This document shows positions 58,367 through 64,000 of a stretch of 64,000 bases of DNA, piece after piece (position 1 is the stretch's first letter; each line of letters opens with the position of its first letter). A model generated the notes under the pieces. That model was not told the origin of the DNA, did no database searches, and saw nothing but the letters and a program-made list of their open reading frames with translations. Where the stretch lies: assembly GCA_016125285.1 (NCBI GenBank), contig WGMA01000016.1, positions 1 through 64,000 on the forward strand. Direction: 5' to 3'. The position numbers and the translations under genes are program-made. This stretch comes from Phycisphaera sp. GTDB taxonomy: Bacteria > Planctomycetota > Phycisphaerae > Phycisphaerales > Zrk34.

Positions 58367-58411
58367 ACACAAAACCCGACGCCGGCACACGCGAGATGCG
58401 CCGGCGTCGGG
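58367..58411 (-). terminator. Rho-independent terminator of the 58439-59302 gene
   Basis: On the minus strand: CCCGACGCCGGC-(13 nt)-GCCGGCGTCGGG, a perfect 12-bp stem, followed by TTTTGTGT. Confidence 0.75.
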
Positions 58412-58438
58412 TGGAACGTTGTGGGGCGGGCGAGCGGT

Positions 58439-59302
58439 TTACGGCTGCGGCCAGGCGAGGCGGACGGTGAAGCCGGACGGCAGCTGCTCGTCGGGGTTGT
58501 CGATGGTGAACACGCAGCGGAAGGTCTGGCTGGCGGGCTCGATCTGGGGCTCGACGCTCTTGAGCTTGCCGATGACGGTCTTGCGTGTGCGGTTGACGGG
58601 CGGGCCGGCGTAGAAGGTGTACTCCTTGCCGATCTGCAGCTCGCCGTAGAGCTGCACGGGCAGGAACATCTGCGCCTCGAGCGGGTTGAGCGCGATCATG
58701 TAGATGATCACGTCGTCGCTGCGGTTGTTGGAGACGGTGGCGCCCTCTTCGACGCCGAGCTGGAGGATGCGTCCGTCGAACGGCGCCTTGATCTTGTAGC
58801 GATCGAGTCGGAGCTGCTCGAGGTCGAGCGACGACTTGGCGCGGTCGAGGTCGATCTGGGCTCCGGTCTGCTGGAGCTCGCGCTGCCGGAGCTCGAAGTC
58901 ACCGATCGCCTTCTTCTCGAGCAGCCGCTTGGCCTGGTCCACCTGCAGCTTGGCCTCCTCGAGCAGGGCGGCGCGGCGGTCGACCTCGAGCCGGGCGGCC
59001 TCGACCTGCACGATCTGCAGCTCGTCGTCCATCACCGCCAGCACGTCGCCTTCCTTGACCGAGTCGTCCTCATCGACGTTGATCTTCTTGATCAGGCCTT
59101 CGAGCGGCGCCATGAGCGACACCTTCTTCGACGGCTTGACGAGTCCGGTAAGTCTTTCGTCGTCGGGGGTGATCGGCTTGAGCTGCAGGGGCTGCTCGAT
59201 GTCGCCCGCCGCGGCGCCCTGACTCTGGCCGGTCGAAACCGACGCGACGGCCAGCGCGGCGAGCACGGCGGTGAAGCAGAATAACCTTGACAAAGTTTTC
59301 AT
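58439..59302 (-). CDS. Periplasmic membrane-fusion protein (HlyD / RND-adaptor family)
   Basis: ORF trimmed to ATG 59302 (ATG 59305 is an alternative), following AGGAGG. It has a signal peptide. The biotinyl-lipoyl-like hairpin includes GLIKKINVDEDDSVKEGDVLAVMDD and IKAPFDGRIL. A coiled coil and a beta-barrel follow. Confidence 0.8.
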   Translation of the reverse strand: MKTLSRLFCFTAVLAALAVASVSTGQSQGAAAGDIEQPLQLKPITPDDERLTGLVKPSKKVSLMAPLEGLIKKINVDEDDSVKEGDVLAVMDDELQIVQVEAARLEVDRRAALLEEAKLQVDQAKRLLEKKAIGDFELRQRELQQTGAQIDLDRAKSSLDLEQLRLDRYKIKAPFDGRILQLGVEEGATVSNNRSDDVIIYMIALNPLEAQMFLPVQLYGELQIGKEYTFYAGPPVNRTRKTVIGKLKSVEPQIEPASQTFRCVFTIDNPDEQLPSGFTVRLAWPQP

Positions 59303-59406
59303 CATTCCTCCTAATGCCTCATCTTGCGCTTGGATTCGGCGTTCGTCGCCAACTATTGTATCCAAGTCGCCGGTGGAGTCAGGGTAGCCAGAGAGATGAG
59401 TTTCGC

Positions 59407-61335
59407 ATGAGTCAGACGGCCGATCAAGTTCAGCGGCTCGTTCAGCAGGCGTTGGGCGAGTTCGAGCAGCAGATGTCCAGCGACGAGAAGCCCTCGTCGG
59501 TGCTGACCAAGATGATGGAAACGCTGCTGCGCACGACGCAGGGCGTGGGCGCCGTGGCGTGGATGTTCAAGGACCCCGAGCACCCGGAGTTCACGTCGGT
59601 GGCGCAGGTGGGCCCGGCGTCGCCGCTGGTGTTCGACCCCGAGGGCCGCATCCAGACGCCCGTGCGTGAGGTGCTCCAGCAGAGCGCGTCGCAGGGCAAG
59701 CCGATCATCGTCGCGCCCGATCAGCCGGACTTCCAGAAGACGGACCTGCACAACACGTGTCAGTTCATCGTGCCGATCGACGCGATGGGCCGCACGCTGG
59801 GCGTGGTGCAGCTGATCCACACCAAGGACCTGGACCCGAAGGTCTACCGCCAGTTCGTGATGTTCACGCAGCAGGCGTCGCGTGCGGCGGGGCTGTACCT
59901 GGCGCGGCGTCAGAGCAACGTGCTCCGCGAAGACCTCGACGCGGCGACGCGCATGCTCAAGATGTCGCACCAGCTGGTCAAGGTCTCCACGCCCGAGGAC
60001 CTGATCCACGAGCTGGCGAACCTGGCGCGCAACGCGCTGAAGGCGCAGCGCATGTCGGCGGTGGGGTACTGGCGGAACAAGACGGAGGTCGCGTTCAGCG
60101 ACACGATCGAGGTCAACCGCAAGGCGGTGGTCGTGCGGACCGTCGAGCTGCTCGCCGAGGTCGTGCGCGACCGGCGCGTGCCGATGGTGTTCCTCCGCGA
60201 CCAGGAGCTCGAGCCGGAGGAGCAGTCGCTGCTGCCGCTGCTGGAGGATCTGTACAGCCACGGCGCGGCCGAGGCGATCGTGCTCACGCCGCTGATGGTC
60301 GACAAGAAGGTCGTCGGCGTGCTGATCGGCGAGTACGACGACGCGGAAGAGGCGTCGGCGCGATCGGCGACGCAGAGCGAGGTCGCCGGTCAGGCGGCGC
60401 CGCTGCTGAACCAGGTCGTCGAGTGGCGCTACCGCCCGCTGCGTCGCACGAGCGACCTGCTGGCGTCGATCCGCCGCAGGCCGATGTCGTCGATGGGCAA
60501 GGTGGCGGTGGCGGTCGCGATCGTCTGGTTCGTGATCCACGTGCTGTTCTTCGTGCCGATGCCGGTGTCGGTGTTCGGCGAGGCGCGTCTGGAGCCGGCC
60601 AAGCTGGCGCTGATCACGGCGCCCGAGGCCGGGCGGATCAGCGACGTGAAGATCGTCAACGGTGAGGCGGTGGAGCGCGGCCAGGTGCTGGCGACGATGG
60701 ACGACATCGACCTGAAGCTGGAGCTGGCGGAGATCGTGCAGAAGATCAGCGGCGAGCGGGTGGAGCTGGAGGCGTCGCGTCGCGAGGGCGACCGGCCGAA
60801 GCTTCAGGCCTCCCAGCTCCGCATCGAGCAGTATCAGCTGCAGAAGCAGTCGCTGGAGCGCAAGATCGAACGCGCGCAGGTGCGCACGCCGATCGGCGGC
60901 GTGGTGCTCGACGACCGCCCGCAGCGGCTGATCGACCGCACCGTCGCGCAGGGCGACGAGCTGATGAGCGTGGCGGACCTCACGGAGTTCGAGCTGGTGA
61001 TCGACCTGCACGAGGAAGACCTCGCGGCGGTGGAGGAGGCGATCCGCGACGGCAAGGAGGTCGAGGTGTCGTTCCTCAGCCGCCCCTGGCCGGACCTCGT
61101 CCAGCACGCGAAGGTCACGAACATCGAGCAGCTGTCGCCGACGAGCCGCCCCGACGAATACCAGAAGCAGCACGTGTTCCGCATCATCGTGCCGATCGAG
61201 CTGGAGGGCCTGAGCCCGCAGCTGGTGCTGGCGAACCCGACCGGCCGCGCCAAGCTGATCACGCCGCCGCGCAGCATCGCGTACGGCGTGTTCGGCGGCG
61301 TGTGGCGATTCCTGAAGATGACCCTGTTCTTCTAA
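59407..61335 (+). CDS. Tandem GAF domains, one TM and a HlyD-type membrane-fusion domain in one protein
   Basis: ORF trimmed to ATG 59407. Two GAF-like regions are present (..QFIVPIDAMGRTLGVVQLIH and ..LTPLMVDKKVVGVLIGEY). The TM is VAVAVAIVWFVIHVLFFV. The HlyD hairpin includes ITAPEAGRISDVKIVNGEAVERGQVLATMDD and VRTPIGGVVL. Confidence 0.8.
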   Translation: MSQTADQVQRLVQQALGEFEQQMSSDEKPSSVLTKMMETLLRTTQGVGAVAWMFKDPEHPEFTSVAQVGPASPLVFDPEGRIQTPVREVLQQSASQGKPIIVAPDQPDFQKTDLHNTCQFIVPIDAMGRTLGVVQLIHTKDLDPKVYRQFVMFTQQASRAAGLYLARRQSNVLREDLDAATRMLKMSHQLVKVSTPEDLIHELANLARNALKAQRMSAVGYWRNKTEVAFSDTIEVNRKAVVVRTVELLAEVVRDRRVPMVFLRDQELEPEEQSLLPLLEDLYSHGAAEAIVLTPLMVDKKVVGVLIGEYDDAEEASARSATQSEVAGQAAPLLNQVVEWRYRPLRRTSDLLASIRRRPMSSMGKVAVAVAIVWFVIHVLFFVPMPVSVFGEARLEPAKLALITAPEAGRISDVKIVNGEAVERGQVLATMDDIDLKLELAEIVQKISGERVELEASRREGDRPKLQASQLRIEQYQLQKQSLERKIERAQVRTPIGGVVLDDRPQRLIDRTVAQGDELMSVADLTEFELVIDLHEEDLAAVEEAIRDGKEVEVSFLSRPWPDLVQHAKVTNIEQLSPTSRPDEYQKQHVFRIIVPIELEGLSPQLVLANPTGRAKLITPPRSIAYGVFGGVWRFLKMTLFF

Positions 61336-61370
61336 GCGTCGGTTGATCGACACGCGGACCCGCACACCCC

Positions 61371-63620
61371 ATGGCGCACCTCCCGTTCCAACCCGAACCG
61401 CCTCAGCCGCCGCAGCACGGCGTGGACGACGAGCCGTTCCAGCGCGACAACTCCGGCCAGGCCGAGCAGGCGATGTCCGAGCCGCTGCCGGCGGTGCGCA
61501 AGGACCTGGAGATCAGCCCGCAGCTGTACCTCGGCAAGATCGTGTACGTCGTGAAGGACCCGGTGAGCCTGACGTATTTCCGCCTCAAGCCCGCCGAGCA
61601 CTTCGTGCTCAAGAACCTCGACGGCCAGGCCAGCGCCAACGACATGGCGCGGAAGCTGGCGCGTCACTTCCCCGAGCAGCCCGCCGACGCCGAGCAGGTG
61701 ATGGTCTTCATCCGCATGCTGCAGGGCTCGGGCCTGCTGCTGGGCCGCGGCGAGTCGCACGGCGAGTGGATCCGCGAGAACCGCGACGAGCGCCGCCGCA
61801 AGAACGTCATGGCGCAGTGGTTCAACTTCCTGTTCATCAAGATCCCCATCATGGACCCGGACCACCTGCTCGACGACATCTACAGCTTCGTGCGGTTCTT
61901 CATGAACCGAAAGACGATGTGGCTGGCGGCGATCTTCCTGGTCTCGTCGCTCGTGGCCATCGGGCTCCACCTCGACCGCGTCGGCGCGCTGAAGTTCCCC
62001 GTGCTCGGGTGGATCAACGCCCTGATGCTCACCGGCACGTTCCTCACGGTGAAGGTCATCCACGAGTTCGGGCACGGCCTGGCCGCCAAACACCGCGGCC
62101 TCGAAGTGCACGAGATCGGCGTGATGATGATGGTGTTCTTCCCTGTGTTCTACGTCGACGTGTCCGACGCGTGGATGGTCACGCGGCGATCCGACCGCCT
62201 GTGGATCAACGCCGGCGGCGTGTACATCGAGTGCCTCTTCGCCTCCATCGCCGCGTGGGTGTTCCTCAGCACCGACCCCGGCGTCGTCAACCAGATCGCG
62301 TTCAACACGATGCTCGCCGCGTCGGTCACCACCGTGCTGTTCAACGCCAACCCGCTGCTGCGGTACGACGGCTACTACTTCCTGATGGACTGGCTGGAGA
62401 TCCCCAACCTCCGCTCCAAGGCCGGCAACTACTGCGGCTACCTCGCCAAGCGCTACCTGCTGGGCATGGACGAGGAGGTCCCGCCGCACGAGGCGTCGAC
62501 CCACCCGATCTTCATGCCGCTGTACTCCGCGGCCGCGGGCGTCTACCGCTGGGTCGTGGTCTTCGGCATCATCGCCGTCGTCTGGCACCTGCTCGATCCG
62601 TACGGCCTCGAGGTGATCAGCGCCATCATGGGCATCGTCGCCGTCGTCACCATGCTGCTGCTGCCGCTCGGACAGATGCTCTCGTTCGTCTGGTCGCAGC
62701 AGAAGGCGCGCACCGGCAGGCAGGTCGCGATCAGCGTGCTCGGCGTCGTGGCGCTGTTCGGCGTCGCCGCCGGCATCCTCGCCATCCCCACCGATCAGAC
62801 CGTCAAGCACCCCGTCGTCGTCCTCGCCGTCGAGCGCCAGCCCGTGTTCGCCTTCGTGCCCGGACGCGTCGACGAGGTCCACGTCGACGACGGCCAGTAC
62901 GTCCACAAGGGCGACCCGCTGCTGACCCTCCGCAACCCGCCGCTCGTCGATCGCCTCGACCAGCTCGGCGTGTCGCTGCGGCTGACCCAGCTCCAGCTCG
63001 AATCCTCACGCATCGACGGCCGCATCGACGTCGTCGCGTCGCTCACCACGCAGATCAAGCACATCCGCGAGCAGATCGACGTGACCAACGAGAAGATCGC
63101 CGAGCTGGTCGTCCGCGCCCCGATCGACGGACGCATCCAGACCTACCGCCGCCTGCAGACCCTGCTGGGCATGATGGTCGACCGCGGCGACGAGATCGCC
63201 CTGGTCGTCGGCGACCAGCAACGCGAGGTCGACATGGTCCTGCCCGAGACCGACGCCTCGCTCGTCGAGGTCGACGACCGGGTCAACGTCCGCCTCTGGG
63301 GCTCGGCCGAGTTGGCCCGGGTCGGCCACGTCGAGCGGGTCGGATCGCAGATTCTCAAGTCCCTGCCCCACGAGGCCCTGTCCTCGCGGTTCAAGGGCGA
63401 AGTGGACACTGTGCCCACCAGTCAGTACAATTCCGCCCCCAGCACGCCGTCCGTGATCGCCACGATCACCATGGACCCGGGACAGGCGCCGCTGCCGCTC
63501 GACGGCAGCACCGGACGCGGCTCGATCATCGTGGAGGAGAAAGTGACCCTCGCCGCCCAGCTGTGGCGCAGGATCCGCCAGGTGATCAGTCCCGACTATC
63601 GCCTGTGGATGATGAAATAA
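61371..63620 (+). CDS. PqqD-like N-terminal domain, M50 (site-2 protease family) membrane metalloprotease and a HlyD-type membrane-fusion domain in one protein
   Basis: HEFGH lies at 62061-62075 and the second M50 motif NPLLRYDG at 62349-62372. The N-terminus reads YVVKDPVSLTYFRLKPAEHFVLKNLDGQASANDMARKL. The C-terminal hairpin includes GRVDEVHVDDGQYVHKGDPLLTL and VRAPIDGRIQ. Confidence 0.8.
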   Translation: MAHLPFQPEPPQPPQHGVDDEPFQRDNSGQAEQAMSEPLPAVRKDLEISPQLYLGKIVYVVKDPVSLTYFRLKPAEHFVLKNLDGQASANDMARKLARHFPEQPADAEQVMVFIRMLQGSGLLLGRGESHGEWIRENRDERRRKNVMAQWFNFLFIKIPIMDPDHLLDDIYSFVRFFMNRKTMWLAAIFLVSSLVAIGLHLDRVGALKFPVLGWINALMLTGTFLTVKVIHEFGHGLAAKHRGLEVHEIGVMMMVFFPVFYVDVSDAWMVTRRSDRLWINAGGVYIECLFASIAAWVFLSTDPGVVNQIAFNTMLAASVTTVLFNANPLLRYDGYYFLMDWLEIPNLRSKAGNYCGYLAKRYLLGMDEEVPPHEASTHPIFMPLYSAAAGVYRWVVVFGIIAVVWHLLDPYGLEVISAIMGIVAVVTMLLLPLGQMLSFVWSQQKARTGRQVAISVLGVVALFGVAAGILAIPTDQTVKHPVVVLAVERQPVFAFVPGRVDEVHVDDGQYVHKGDPLLTLRNPPLVDRLDQLGVSLRLTQLQLESSRIDGRIDVVASLTTQIKHIREQIDVTNEKIAELVVRAPIDGRIQTYRRLQTLLGMMVDRGDEIALVVGDQQREVDMVLPETDASLVEVDDRVNVRLWGSAELARVGHVERVGSQILKSLPHEALSSRFKGEVDTVPTSQYNSAPSTPSVIATITMDPGQAPLPLDGSTGRGSIIVEEKVTLAAQLWRRIRQVISPDYRLWMMK

Positions 63621-63685
63621 ACTACCCCCGGGGCACGTCGCCACGGGATTCAGTGAGATCGAGAAAGAAGAAGGAAGGTTTAGCA

Positions 63686-64000
63686 ATGGCTAAGGACAAG
63701 AACGACGACAAGACCACCCCGGAATCCGCCGAGCACGCCACCGCCGGTGCGGGCGACACCGTCAGCGCCCCCGCTGAGCAGACTCCCCCGCGCGGCGCCC
63801 AGCTCCGCCTCGACGAGTCCAACGTGCAGTGCTTCTACTCCTCGACGACCCGTCTCTCCGGTTCCGCCGAAGAGATCACCATCGACTTCGCCCAGGGCAT
63901 CCGCCCCGTCGGCCCCAACGCCGCCGTCCTGAAGATCGACGCCCGCGTCGTCATGTCCCCCTGGGGAGCCAAGCGCCTCGTCCAGGCCCTCGAGCAGACC
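63686..64000 (+). CDS. DUF3467 family protein (5' part; continues past the window end)
   Basis: This ORF is absent from the ORF track because there is no stop before the window edge. I translated it by hand from ATG 63686, which follows GAAGAAGGAAGG: MAKDKNDDKTTPES...LRLDESNVQCFYSSTTRLSGSAEEITIDFAQGIRPVGPNAAVLKIDARVVMSPWGAKRLVQALEQT. This fits my recollection of the DUF3467 pattern. Confidence 0.65.
   Translation, partial: MAKDKNDDKTTPESAEHATAGAGDTVSAPAEQTPPRGAQLRLDESNVQCFYSSTTRLSGSAEEITIDFAQGIRPVGPNAAVLKIDARVVMSPWGAKRLVQALEQT

Overview
This is a gene-dense bacterial chromosomal segment of about two-thirds G+C. The high G+C creates many long antisense shadow ORFs in the six-frame track. I chose real frames by recognisable motifs, signal peptides, RBS/start context and stop/start coupling.

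The gene content points to Planctomycetota, which is an inference. The evidence is four prepilin-type proteins (two with the H-X9-DG/DGHVEW C-terminus), a DUF1552 + DUF1592/1588/1585-type pair, a PVC-type multi-CxxCH + beta-propeller dehydrogenase-like pair, three Cys-type sulfatases and several PQQ-like beta-propeller proteins.

Main blocks:
1. 160-5031: aminotransferase, DUF971, MoaD/ThiS-like and BNR-propeller genes, separated by three copies of an AT-rich palindromic repeat.
2. 5064-16710: three tandem PilT-family ATPases, two with long N-terminal extensions. They sit next to a membrane protein, a large hybrid histidine kinase and an HD-GYP response regulator.
3. 18742-22299: a sigma-54 activator with a textbook divergent -24/-12 promoter and upstream repeats. 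The promoter faces a small membrane protein and an SPFH lipoprotein gene.
4. 22350-24460: an uncharacterised four-gene cassette of membrane proteins with overlapping stops and starts. One gene is compositionally atypical.
5. 24483-56794: a glycan/sulfatase-type region. It includes a six-gene coupled operon beside an XylR-like regulator and two paralogous secreted proteins that fuse a methyltransferase fold to a propeller.
6. 57622-57694: tRNA-Phe.
7. 58439-64000: the most unusual locus. It encodes three HlyD-type membrane-fusion modules, one fused to tandem GAF domains and one fused to a PqqD-like domain plus an M50 intramembrane protease. A DUF3467 gene follows, and no transporter is visible in the window.

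I saw no rRNA, CRISPR array, integrase or transposase.
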